A stretch of 64,000 nucleotides of DNA. Source: Nitrospirota bacterium. GTDB lineage: Bacteria > Nitrospirota > UBA9217. The position numbers and the translations under genes were made by a program. The DNA is taken from assembly GCA_963663225.1 (NCBI GenBank), contig OY760142.1, positions 384,001 to 448,000 of the forward strand, read 5' to 3'. Below, one piece after another: positions 1-9,413 of the stretch (position 1 is its first letter; each line of letters opens with the position of its first letter). The notes beneath the pieces are model-generated. The model searched no databases. It was not told the origin of the DNA and saw only the letters and a program-made list of their open reading frames with translations.

Positions 1-1
1 T

Positions 2-742
2 ACCAAATGGAAAGCAGCACTTGTCGGAGCATCGCCGGACAAAGATATTGCGGTTCTTAAAATTTCCGCCCCCGCGGATAAACTGAGCCCCATCCCTCTT
101 GGTGATTCTAACAATCTTCTTGTCGGCCAGAAAGTCTTTGCAATCGGGAACCCTTTCGGACTTGACCAGACAATGACGTCCGGCATCGTAAGCGCCTTGG
201 GACGGGAAATCCAGTCCGCGAACGGCAGAACAATACAGGGAATGATCCAGACCGACGCGGCGATCAATCCCGGGAATTCCGGCGGTCCATTGCTAGACAG
301 CGCGGGGCGACTCATCGGCGTCAACACCGCCATCTATAGCCCGTCAGGCGCCAGCGCTGGCATCGGCTTCGCTGTTCCCGTCGAGATTGTAAACCGGGTC
401 GTTCCTGAGCTCATCCGATACGGAAGAGTCAGCAAACCGGGCATCGGAATAACTATTGCTCACCCCAGCCTCGCAGAACGGCTAAATGTTCAAGGCGTTC
501 TCATACTCAATGTCCAGAAAGGTACGAGCGCTGAAGCGGCCGGCCTCAGAGGAACACGGCAGCGGGGTGCCGATATCATCCTCGGCGACATAATCGTGAG
601 CGTAAACGATAAACCGGTGATGTCCTACGATACCCTGAGAAATGAATTTGACAAATACAAAATCGGCGATGCGGTAAATCTCGGGATCATCCGCGATGCC
701 AAACCAATCACCGTTCCCGTCAAACTTGAGGAAGTGCAGTAG
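2..742 (+). CDS. HtrA/DegP-family serine protease with one C-terminal PDZ domain (5' partial, runs off window)
   Basis: Frame open from base 2 (TKWKAALVGASPDKDIAVLKI...AIGNPFGLDQTMTSGIVS); catalytic Ser motif IQTDAAINPGNSGGPL; PDZ features GIGI...AAGL...GDII. Confidence 0.93.
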   Translation, partial: TKWKAALVGASPDKDIAVLKISAPADKLSPIPLGDSNNLLVGQKVFAIGNPFGLDQTMTSGIVSALGREIQSANGRTIQGMIQTDAAINPGNSGGPLLDSAGRLIGVNTAIYSPSGASAGIGFAVPVEIVNRVVPELIRYGRVSKPGIGITIAHPSLAERLNVQGVLILNVQKGTSAEAAGLRGTRQRGADIILGDIIVSVNDKPVMSYDTLRNEFDKYKIGDAVNLGIIRDAKPITVPVKLEEVQ

Positions 743-851
743 CTGCACGCTGCGGCAACGGCACAAATACTTGGTGATGCCTCATCGTCCTCCAAAAAGG
801 TGGCCGTTGCTGCAGCTTTGCCCGTAATGGCGTTTAAAACATTGCTTGCCG

Positions 852-1358
852 TCAGGAGCCTTTTTTCAGGCAGGACACAATTTCCCCCACATACATGCGA
901 TGGTAATCTTTCGCGGGATACAAGTCATGAATGCCCTGCTCCAGGAAATAACCAGGATTAATATCCTGAAAATAAAGTTTTCTGCACGCAAGCACGAGCC
1001 GCGCTTCGCCGAAATAAATAAAGCCGTCTTTTGATATCGGCGTTAAACCTGTTTCTTTCACTTTATCTGTGTCTCTCCCGGAGTTGCTCCCGCAAAAATT
1101 CAATTCTTTGCGGTATCGTTCCTCGAAAAACGAGAGGGTAAAATTCTCAGAGCGTTCCATGAACTCAAACGTATATCGTGTCGGCCGCACAAAGCAAAAG
1201 CTGACCTGCTTTTGCCAGAGAACTCCCACCCCGCCCCAACTCGCAGTCATCGTGTTAAACGACTGTTGCGTGCCTGCGGTAATCAGCATCCAGTCCTTAC
1301 CTATCAGTTTAAAGGGATTATCAATCAATTGCTCCGGCTTCGATTCTATAAAATTCAT
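852..1358 (-). CDS. Flavin reductase-like (flavoredoxin) family protein
   Basis: WMLITAG...NTMTASWG...VRPTRYT...SGRDTDK...YHRMYVGEI; start placed at MNFIESK with AAGGAAG RBS. Confidence 0.85.
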   Translation of the reverse strand: MNFIESKPEQLIDNPFKLIGKDWMLITAGTQQSFNTMTASWGGVGVLWQKQVSFCFVRPTRYTFEFMERSENFTLSFFEERYRKELNFCGSNSGRDTDKVKETGLTPISKDGFIYFGEARLVLACRKLYFQDINPGYFLEQGIHDLYPAKDYHRMYVGEIVSCLKKGS

Positions 1359-1430
1359 TTTTCTTCCTTTCTTTTGCAATAGTATTTTGAGTGAAGCATT
1401 TTATAACAGCCTTCCCTGCCGTAAGACGCA

Positions 1431-2075
1431 TCAACTGCTCACCAGTCGAGCTCCCATCTCGAAAGCTTTTCGGCAGTCTTGTGGAAACACCTCTCTGCGC
1501 CGTTCCGCTTTTTTCTCGGGATCAAAGCGGTCGGCCACATATTTCGAGTAGTCCTCAAATTGGCAGGTATCACAGCTTGTAAGAGTTTCTGCTGATCCAA
1601 ACAACAATTGCAGCACCATTGCAGCGCGTTGAAAGTTTTGATCGTACCCCCACTCCCTCATTACAGCCTCCGGAACATTCATCGTATATACAAACCCGGT
1701 TTTAATTTTCCGCGGAAACAGTGTTTTCGGGGGATCAGTATACATCAGGTAAGGAAACTGTAACCGCTCAAGAAAAGATCTCATTTCACCGGTGGCGCTC
1801 CCGAAATAGACCGGGGAACCGAGTATCAGAGCATCGATTTCCTCGATCTTTTTGAAAACCGTCGTCAGGTCGTCCTGTACCGCGCATTTTCCGTAACTTT
1901 TGTGTCCCCTCGTCTTGCAGGCAAAACAACTGATGCATCCTTTGTACGAAAGATCGTACAGATGAATAAGCTCCGTTTCAGCCCCTCGCGAAGCAGCTCC
2001 TTCAAGACTTTGTTGCAAAAGAGTGGCCGTGTTCCATTTTTTCCTCGGACTGCCGTTTATCGCCATAACTTTCAT
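1431..2075 (-). CDS. Flavodoxin-like iron-sulfur flavoprotein / NADPH-dependent FMN reductase
   Basis: NGSPRKKWNT FMN loop; CISCFAC...C cluster motif; GSPVYFG. Confidence 0.88.
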   Translation of the reverse strand: MKVMAINGSPRKKWNTATLLQQSLEGAASRGAETELIHLYDLSYKGCISCFACKTRGHKSYGKCAVQDDLTTVFKKIEEIDALILGSPVYFGSATGEMRSFLERLQFPYLMYTDPPKTLFPRKIKTGFVYTMNVPEAVMREWGYDQNFQRAAMVLQLLFGSAETLTSCDTCQFEDYSKYVADRFDPEKKAERRREVFPQDCRKAFEMGARLVSS

Positions 2076-2141
2076 GAGTTATGCCCGCCTTTCTAGTGAT
2101 ATCCAACGTGCACATTATATAACTTTGCTCCGCGACAATTC

Positions 2142-2966
2142 CTATCTCCAGATAATCTGCGCATCCTTCCTGGGAGGCAAAAAGTGATATTTGTATTTTG
2201 GATATCCGATCATCATAATTCCAAAACTTGCGTGGCCTTCGGGAAGCGCCAAAGTCCGTTGAAGCGGCTGAGACTGCATGGAAGCCATCATAATAAATCC
2301 GGCCCAGCAGCAACCAAGGCCGAACGTGGGCGCTGTCAGATCCAGATAGGCAAGGGCAGAGGTGCAGTCGACCTGGGCCAGTCCGTAATCCTTGGGAGCA
2401 TGGGCAACAATCAGGGCCGGCGCGCCCCGTGAAATGCCGTCAAAACCCGATTCCCAAGCTGTTACGACATCAGCCAGGCGATACTTTTCCGCAATCGCTT
2501 TCTTCTCCTCAACCCAGCTGCGCATCAGATCGATAACCAGCCCGCTTATTCGCTTCACATCTTCCCGATCGTTGATTACCAGCCAATGAACCAGCTGACT
2601 GTTGCCGCCCGTCGGAGCGTATCGCGCAATCTCGATGAGCTTTTTCAATTTTTCACGCTCAATCTGTTTTCTCAGATACGTACGGATGGATCGGCGCGAT
2701 TTTAAAAAAAGCCCGGCTTGTTCCGCGCTCAGAGCCGCTTTATTTTGTACCGGAATAAAATCCTCCGCTTTCCACGCTGAGTGAGTTAATGCCCCGTGAG
2801 GACAGACCGCAACGCAGTGTCCGCATTTCACACACCGTGTTTCAGCATCAGGCACAGGCGTCGGCAGTGCAGAACCGTCTTTTTGTTCGATAAGCCTTAA
2901 AGGACATTCTTCGACACAGGCACCGTCTTTTTTGCACGTTTGTTCATTAATTGTAAAGAGCGACAT
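2142..2966 (-). CDS. Nitroreductase with N-terminal ferredoxin-like (4Fe-4S) domain
   Basis: CKKDGACVEECP and CVKCGHCVAVCP; SRRSIR, APTGGNSQ, GLGCCW nitroreductase motifs. Confidence 0.92.
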   Translation of the reverse strand: MSLFTINEQTCKKDGACVEECPLRLIEQKDGSALPTPVPDAETRCVKCGHCVAVCPHGALTHSAWKAEDFIPVQNKAALSAEQAGLFLKSRRSIRTYLRKQIEREKLKKLIEIARYAPTGGNSQLVHWLVINDREDVKRISGLVIDLMRSWVEEKKAIAEKYRLADVVTAWESGFDGISRGAPALIVAHAPKDYGLAQVDCTSALAYLDLTAPTFGLGCCWAGFIMMASMQSQPLQRTLALPEGHASFGIMMIGYPKYKYHFLPPRKDAQIIWR

Positions 2967-3075
2967 GAGAACCTCCTTGTTTGAGCCGAAAAACTACACC
3001 GCAGTGATTACCCGCTGGAGCGAGTGCGAATTTTATTGCGTCAGGCTAACATGCATAGTATACTCTGTCAAGTAG

Positions 3076-3089
3076 TTACAAAATTGTAA
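3076..3089. promoter_or_regulatory. Candidate HxlR-family operator TTACAA-aa-TTGTAA
   Basis: Perfect 6-2-6 inverted repeat in the divergent intergenic region between the nitroreductase and the HxlR gene. Confidence 0.5.
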
Positions 3090-3121
3090 TACAGTTTCAA
3101 AAAATATACTCTGGAGATATC

Positions 3122-3439
3122 ATGTCCTATAAAACATGCACTGCCGGAGATTGTTCGGTGGCAAAAACGCTGCGGATAATCGGGAGCAAGTGGACGATAC
3201 TCATCATCAGGGACCTTCTGCAGGGCACGCTTCGCTTCGGTGAGTTAAGAAAATCTCTGGACGGGGTGAGTCCTAAAACTCTGTCCGAACGACTTAAATC
3301 GCTCGAAAAAGAAGGCATCCTCGTCAAAAAAATCTATCCGGAAGTTCCACCCCGTGTCGAGTATTCCCTGACGAAGCGGGGAAAGAATCTTGCCAGCGTC
3401 ATCCAGAGCATGAAAGCGTGGGGAGACAAGATAAGCTGA
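3122..3439 (+). CDS. HxlR-family winged-helix transcriptional regulator
   Basis: C-SV..TL.IIGSKW...RFGEL...SPKTLSERLKSLE...YPEVPPRVEYSLT; GGAG RBS. Confidence 0.95.
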   Translation: MSYKTCTAGDCSVAKTLRIIGSKWTILIIRDLLQGTLRFGELRKSLDGVSPKTLSERLKSLEKEGILVKKIYPEVPPRVEYSLTKRGKNLASVIQSMKAWGDKIS

Positions 3440-3560
3440 TATTAATAGACGTCTTTTTGTTATTTCAGCTTACCGATACTGTCCTGTGAAGCGGTCTGGC
3501 TCTCATGCAGTATTTACCGCAAAAATAAGACAAATTCGCGGCGGCTCCAATGAAAAGATC

Positions 3561-4715
3561 TCATGCCGTTATGACGGCCACTTCTTCACGAAGCCGTTTG
3601 GGTGAAGTGGTCGATCTGGCCAGCTGTTTTATCACGCCCAGTCGCAGCAATGCCTCGCGGAATTCTTTTTGCTGGTTATTCGTTATTACAACAACCGGGA
3701 TATTCTTGTACCGGTCCACGGTCGGCAAAAACTGCAGGAGGTAATAATTGGGATCAGCATTGTTTTCAATCATCAGAATAATACAGGAAATATCCACGCC
3801 TTTTCGGAGAGACGAAACGGCCTCTTCAAAGCTTGAGATCTCTATGACCTTATAGTCTCCGCCAATCAGTTCCTGCGAGTAGAAACGCACGTCACGACCG
3901 GCCTCGTGAGCGGAACCTACCAAAAGCAGTTTTTTCTGTTTATCGAGACCTTTCTCTTCTATTCGCTGACTAACGTATCTCCTGATCAATGCAAGGTCTT
4001 TTTCCCGGATATTCATAAATCTGACGCCTGCCCCTACTCCCGAGATCAGATATTGAACAACTGCATCTGTTGCGATTGTGGTTCCTGATACAGGAAATTG
4101 TATCGAGATGCGGTCCCCGTTCTGAAATGGCCGCCCGCTCAGGAAAAACATGCCCCCTTCGCTGACATCAACTCCCTTGGCGGACTCCGATTCGTTGATC
4201 AGTATTTGTTCTCCATATCCGACCCTGGTTTTGCGAAGGTACCGATTTTCGATTTCCTCTATCTGGACGCCAATCTTTGCTGCGAATGCGGCAACTTTTT
4301 CAGCATGCGCGTTGAAGGTAGAGCTCATTTGTATCAAAAATTCACGCAGTTCGTCATTGGCATCTTGCAAAGCATTAATGAGATATTTTTCCGACTGACT
4401 GCATTCAACAGCATAAATCCGGCCGATCAGTGCCGGAAGGTCCAACTTCATGTTTCTCAAATTCGCAACCGTTTCCAAAAGGCTGTTGATTTCGGACAAA
4501 TTAATTTGGATTTCCTTGAACACCTTGGGCGCCGCCTGAATAATCCGCCGTTCCATTTGTACAAGCTGGACATGAGATTCTTCTTCAAAATGGAGCTCGA
4601 GGAAAAAATCGGCCGCCTCTTTGTTCAATTGATGGTCATCATGCAGCTTTTTGTAAAGCGAAGATACCTCGGATTCTACCCGTTCGAGCAAATCAAGCAC
4701 CTTATAGATATCCAT
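3561..4715 (-). CDS. Ferritin/rubrerythrin-like + PilZ-like + degenerate receiver domain protein
   Basis: N-terminal ExxE..Y..EEESH helices; DVSEGG and GAGVRF PilZ-type motifs; C-terminal REC-like fold (LLLV...IPVVVIT...P) without the acidic pocket. Confidence 0.7.
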   Translation of the reverse strand: MDIYKVLDLLERVESEVSSLYKKLHDDHQLNKEAADFFLELHFEEESHVQLVQMERRIIQAAPKVFKEIQINLSEINSLLETVANLRNMKLDLPALIGRIYAVECSQSEKYLINALQDANDELREFLIQMSSTFNAHAEKVAAFAAKIGVQIEEIENRYLRKTRVGYGEQILINESESAKGVDVSEGGMFFLSGRPFQNGDRISIQFPVSGTTIATDAVVQYLISGVGAGVRFMNIREKDLALIRRYVSQRIEEKGLDKQKKLLLVGSAHEAGRDVRFYSQELIGGDYKVIEISSFEEAVSSLRKGVDISCIILMIENNADPNYYLLQFLPTVDRYKNIPVVVITNNQQKEFREALLRLGVIKQLARSTTSPKRLREEVAVITA

Positions 4716-4839
4716 TTGCGTCTCCTGGGCTGCCTTGAATGGTTTTAGAAAAGACTAGGAAGCCATAAATCCGTTCGATCATTCTGAATATGAAAATATT
4801 GTAGCATTAAATTCAAGCAACGTGAACCTGCATATCGTC

Positions 4840-4879
4840 AAAAAACAAGGGTGGAACCATTTTGGGTTCCACCCTTGTT
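4840..4879 (-). terminator. Intrinsic terminator after the secreted hydrolase
   Basis: 15-bp stem AACAAGGGTGGAACC/GGTTCCACCCTTGTT ending in a T-run on the minus strand. Confidence 0.8.
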
Positions 4880-4904
4880 GTATCCATGGTACAAAAAATC
4901 GTTT

Positions 4905-6413
4905 TTACTTTCCGACAGATGAATGAATGGCGTCCTTGAGGGTCTGTTCGGCGTCCTCGGGCAGGATATATCCCGCCTTTAAGTCATCAAACGTGGCCTT
5001 GAAAACTTCGTACATATACTTATGGTGATTTGGATAGAGGCTGTCAAGGACGATATCAGTAAATGGCTGAGTGTAGCCCCAGCGGCTGCATGTCCCCGGC
5101 CCGGCATTGGTGCCGGCGCTCACCGTGGTTGGAACTTCGACTTGCGGAAGACGAAGCCCCCCGACAGCGTTCCCGTAACTGTCTCGTTCAAGAACGGTTG
5201 GAGGTCCAAACGACGTAACCTCGATTGGCGGCGCCGCAGGTATCGGCGTGCCGGTTTTCACCCAATGAATAAGATGTTTCAGCCCAGCGCCGAATGCATA
5301 GTGGAACGGAATCTTGCTGCCGACCGGCTGGTAGGTGCAGTTGACCAGAGCGTCCTCCACGGCCGATCCATTGTCGCGGCGTTCCAGAAATACCCGACTT
5401 TGATATGATTGATAGTCATTATGCGACGTGCCTGTTACTTCCCATGTTACAAAGAACTGGTCATCGGGGCGGCGCACTCTGGCTTCGCTGCCCTGCACAT
5501 CGAACTCCGACAGCACTTTCCATACCGGAACCACAAGATCCGTACGGATACGGACACCCAGATCCCCATGAAGTGCAAATCCGTCTATTACCCGTGCCAG
5601 CGGCTCGACGTTATTTACATACGTCGATAACTGTGACGCGGACTGGGAATGCCCCATGGCAATGAAGATGCCGTGTTTTGCATGGCTGTCACGATGATGA
5701 CATTTTTCCTCACAGGTAAAGTGGTGCCATCCGAATGAATGCCGGCATTTATCAAACAGACCTCCAAGCGGATCAATTCCCACCGGACTACGGAGGGACT
5801 GCACGGCCTGCGATAAAATGTCATACGCGAGGGCATCGTTTGTTATGGTTGTACCGTCTGCAAGATGATCGACTACCAAAGACCCATAGCGAGTCGGGTT
5901 CCAGGTCTTCAAATAATTTACACCGATGCGCTGCACAGAAACACCGACCCAGGCGTGACCGCTGCGAAGAATGTAGTCATAAACCTGGAACCACGAATTC
6001 TCCATGTCCCAGCCGTTCGTGACATTTTGCCATTCGAAAATGACTACACCGCTGAAGTGCGCCGAATGCGCCGGCCTGCGAACAACGATCCTGGTTTTGT
6101 AAGGATGTCCGCTGTCCTGGATAGTGGCATCCTTTCCCGTTCCGTTGCCCGTTGCCGTCACCGAGGAAATGATATAGCGGTTGGCTGTGCCTTCGATAAA
6201 AAATTCCTGCTCTACATATCCCCGCGCCTTAAGATCGAACTGAGATGCAAAGAAGGGATAATTCCGTGATGGGTCTCCGGGGGTCGCGGTTGCGGGAATC
6301 GGTCCGGTAACGGTTGGATTCGGGACGGCCGCTGCGACATCAACTGCATTAATAGTGGCTACCAGGCAAAAAGAAACTGCAACCATGAAGCATACAATAA
6401 ATAACTTCTTCAT
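4905..6413 (-). CDS. Secreted alpha/beta-hydrolase domain protein
   Basis: Signal peptide; GYVEQEFFIEG, YKTRIVVRRP, VIFEWQNV, nucleophile motif GHSQSA, GTSH, GNAVGGLRLP; AAGGAGG RBS. Confidence 0.8.
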   Translation of the reverse strand: MKKLFIVCFMVAVSFCLVATINAVDVAAAVPNPTVTGPIPATATPGDPSRNYPFFASQFDLKARGYVEQEFFIEGTANRYIISSVTATGNGTGKDATIQDSGHPYKTRIVVRRPAHSAHFSGVVIFEWQNVTNGWDMENSWFQVYDYILRSGHAWVGVSVQRIGVNYLKTWNPTRYGSLVVDHLADGTTITNDALAYDILSQAVQSLRSPVGIDPLGGLFDKCRHSFGWHHFTCEEKCHHRDSHAKHGIFIAMGHSQSASQLSTYVNNVEPLARVIDGFALHGDLGVRIRTDLVVPVWKVLSEFDVQGSEARVRRPDDQFFVTWEVTGTSHNDYQSYQSRVFLERRDNGSAVEDALVNCTYQPVGSKIPFHYAFGAGLKHLIHWVKTGTPIPAAPPIEVTSFGPPTVLERDSYGNAVGGLRLPQVEVPTTVSAGTNAGPGTCSRWGYTQPFTDIVLDSLYPNHHKYMYEVFKATFDDLKAGYILPEDAEQTLKDAIHSSVGK

Positions 6414-6851
6414 ACATTTCCCTCCTTAAAGAGCATCATTCGGGTTAATGAATCATGTTATTTATTCGCTATCGATCCGGTTCACCTCCCCTCCTAGCAT
6501 AGATTTCAATGAAAAACCACCATTGAAAGAAGATGGAGAACGATCCTTGGACAGACATGCTTCAACACAGAAAAGATATTTTCCGGGGAGATGAAACGGC
6601 TTCTTAGATGTCAGAATGTTGCATGATAGTATCGTTATGTATTAATCATGCTTTTCGGTTAAAGTCAATACGACTAAGGTAACAATTTTATACAAAAAAC
6701 TTAGTTTTATAGCTATTTACTTTGACAAACTGTATAGCTCATCTGATAGAGGGGGTTCCGTGCCGCAGAAATTGCATAGTATTGGATTAGGGAAGCAGGT
6801 GCAGTATGAATCCTGGAGTTTCCGTGTTTCAGAAGCAAGCTCAAGAACATT

Positions 6852-9413
6852 TCAACCGGTATGGTCAGCATTATTCAATATTTCTCGAATCTTTGAAGAA
6901 AAATCGTAGATAGAAAACGGCTTCTGAATAAAATCAACACCCTTCTCAACCACACCCTGGTGAGTGATTATATCAGCCGTGTAGCCGGACATAAAAAGAC
7001 ACTTGAGGTTCGGATGCACGGACAAGAGCCGTCCGGACAGCTCTTTTCCATTCATCTCAGGCATCACGACGTCGGTTATAAGCATCTGAATTCCACCGGT
7101 ATGCGCTTCCGCCAGGCGGAGGGCTTCGCTTGGGATGCTCGCAGTCAGAACCGTGTATCCCAGCGCTTCAAGTATTGTTTTGCCAAGGTTCAAAAGACTG
7201 GCATCGTCCTCAACCAGAAGAATGGTTTCGGTTCCGCCGACGGCAATTTGCTTTATTCCTGCCTGCCCCTGCAACGTTTTGCTTGTGTCCCTGGGAAGGT
7301 AAATCGCAAAGCTCGTCCCCTTGCCTGGCTCGCTGTAGACATTTATGAACCCTTTATTTTGCTTCACAATGCCGTAGACCGTTGAAAGTCCCAGACCTGT
7401 TCCCAGACCCACGCCCTTGGTCGTAAAAAACGGTTCAAATATTCTGGACTGCGTTTCCTTATCCATGCCGCTGCCGCTATCAGTAATGGTGAGTTTCACA
7501 TAATCCCCGGGTGCGGCATCCGGGTTATGGACACGATATCCTTCATCAACTGCGGCAATTTCCGTCTGAATAGTGATCTTCCCGACTCCAGCAATGGCGT
7601 CCCGGGCATTGACGCACAGATTCGCCAATATCTGGTCAACCTGGCTAGGGTCCATTTTTACCTGGACCAGACCTGCACCGGGCCGCCAAATCAGTGTAAT
7701 ATCCTCGCCGATAAGCCGCCTCAGCATTTTGAGTATTCCTTCCACCACCTCGTTTACGTCGAGTATCTTTGGAACAATTGTCTGCCTGCGGGCAAAGGCC
7801 AGCAACTGGCGGGTAAGTCCAGCAGAATGCTCGGCCGCCTTGCGGATTTCATGCAGCTTATCAAACAGGGGATCGCGAGGGTCCATATCGGCAAGAATCA
7901 TCTCTGCATGGCCGATAATGATTCCGAGCATATTGTTGAAATCGTGGGCCACTCCTCCCGCAAGGCGTCCAACTGACTCCAGTTTCTGCACCTGGTTTAA
8001 TTGCTCCTGGAGCTTCAAACGTTCATTCTCGCTCTGTTTGCGCTCGGTGATGTCCTCGGTAAAAATGACAATTCCGCCGACCTGCTTCTCCGATGTCCAC
8101 CAGGGATGAATTTCCCAGCGAAGCAGCTGAATTGACCCGTCCGCGCGTTCGAACGGGTCTCCATCGGCTTGCACCACTTCTCCGTTAAGGCCCCTTCGGT
8201 GAGCTTGTTTCCAGCGGTCGGGAATTTCAGGAAAAATATCATAGTGCGACTGTCCCAGCAGATCGCGGTCGCCCAGCTTGTAATCGGAACGCCAGCGGTT
8301 GCTTACCGCGATATAGCGCATCTCCGAATCAAACATAGCCAGCGAGGCAGGGGCATATTCGATAAATAGTTGCAACCGTTCCCTGCTTTCGTGCAGCAAT
8401 GCTTCCGCGCGTTTTCGTTCGGTTATGTCGGTGTGCGTGCCGGTCATTCTCAGCGCACGGCCTTTCTCGTCACGTTTCGATATCTTGCCGCGGGTGAGAA
8501 CCCAAAGATATTTTCCTGATTTGGTTTTGAGGCGCTGTTCGATGCGAAAGAGAGTCGAGCGCCCGCTCAAGTGGTCATTCAGGGCCTTTGTAGTGGCAGG
8601 GAGATCGTCCGGATGGACTCTCTGGCGCCAGGAAGTCACGTCAGTAAGAAACTCCGTTTCCCGGTATCCGAACATTTCATAGCCGCGAGGGCTCAGGAAA
8701 ATGGCATTGGTATTGAGGTCCACGTCCCAGATCGCATCATTGGCTCCTTCCATGGCGAACTTGAGCCGTTCTTCACTGGCTTGCAGGCCAGCCACTGCGC
8801 GGTTCCGCGCCTCTGTGACGCGGAAGACGGTAATACCCAGCGTCGCAAGCAGCACGGCGGCTATGCTGAGCGCAAGAGTGAACCGATGATCGAGGCGGGT
8901 TGATAACTCCCTCAGCTGGCGTTGCGATGCGGCATCAAGGAGACTTGCTTCGCGTTCCAATGCACTGAATGCAATCCGCAGCGACACTGCCTGCTTTGAT
9001 GCAGGCGCTTTCGCTTTCCTCCACTCATCCAAACTACTCCGAAACTTGTTGACGTTTTTGCGAAAAGTAGCAGCGGCTGTTACGTCAGTGAATTCAAGAT
9101 TGGCAAGAGCGCGTTCGAATGAACTGACCGACTGCTGCAGTAACGCCACCCCTTGTTCCCGGTCAAAGGGAGAGCCCGCATCATTGGCAAGACTCGTATG
9201 GAGGAATCCCTGTTCCAATTCTATCAGGGCCTGTCGGATATTTCCCAGATTGGCCGCAGCGTGCCGGAGTTCCTGGCGATACTGATAATGCAGCCAAATC
9301 ACCAGAATGAACACGAGCAAGCACAGAAGCATGGTCCCCCATGTCCACCAGCGATAATCGGAAAATCTTCGGGGACGGACTGATGCTTCAATATCAACGC
9401 CGTGCGTTGTCAT
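6852..9413 (-). CDS. Membrane hybrid histidine kinase (2 TM, 2 PAS, HisKA, HATPase, REC)
   Basis: LAGGVAHDFNN H-box; NLCVNARDA; FEPFFTTKG.G.GTGLGL; REC LLVEDD...ITDVVMP. Confidence 0.95.
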   Translation of the reverse strand: MTTHGVDIEASVRPRRFSDYRWWTWGTMLLCLLVFILVIWLHYQYRQELRHAAANLGNIRQALIELEQGFLHTSLANDAGSPFDREQGVALLQQSVSSFERALANLEFTDVTAAATFRKNVNKFRSSLDEWRKAKAPASKQAVSLRIAFSALEREASLLDAASQRQLRELSTRLDHRFTLALSIAAVLLATLGITVFRVTEARNRAVAGLQASEERLKFAMEGANDAIWDVDLNTNAIFLSPRGYEMFGYRETEFLTDVTSWRQRVHPDDLPATTKALNDHLSGRSTLFRIEQRLKTKSGKYLWVLTRGKISKRDEKGRALRMTGTHTDITERKRAEALLHESRERLQLFIEYAPASLAMFDSEMRYIAVSNRWRSDYKLGDRDLLGQSHYDIFPEIPDRWKQAHRRGLNGEVVQADGDPFERADGSIQLLRWEIHPWWTSEKQVGGIVIFTEDITERKQSENERLKLQEQLNQVQKLESVGRLAGGVAHDFNNMLGIIIGHAEMILADMDPRDPLFDKLHEIRKAAEHSAGLTRQLLAFARRQTIVPKILDVNEVVEGILKMLRRLIGEDITLIWRPGAGLVQVKMDPSQVDQILANLCVNARDAIAGVGKITIQTEIAAVDEGYRVHNPDAAPGDYVKLTITDSGSGMDKETQSRIFEPFFTTKGVGLGTGLGLSTVYGIVKQNKGFINVYSEPGKGTSFAIYLPRDTSKTLQGQAGIKQIAVGGTETILLVEDDASLLNLGKTILEALGYTVLTASIPSEALRLAEAHTGGIQMLITDVVMPEMNGKELSGRLLSVHPNLKCLFMSGYTADIITHQGVVEKGVDFIQKPFSIYDFSSKIREILNNADHTG

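Noticed and set aside
6462-6500. 12-codon minus-strand ORF containing GGAGGGGAGGTGA upstream of the hydrolase
   Set aside because: Too short, and the SD-like sequence has no properly spaced start codon after it; not supportable
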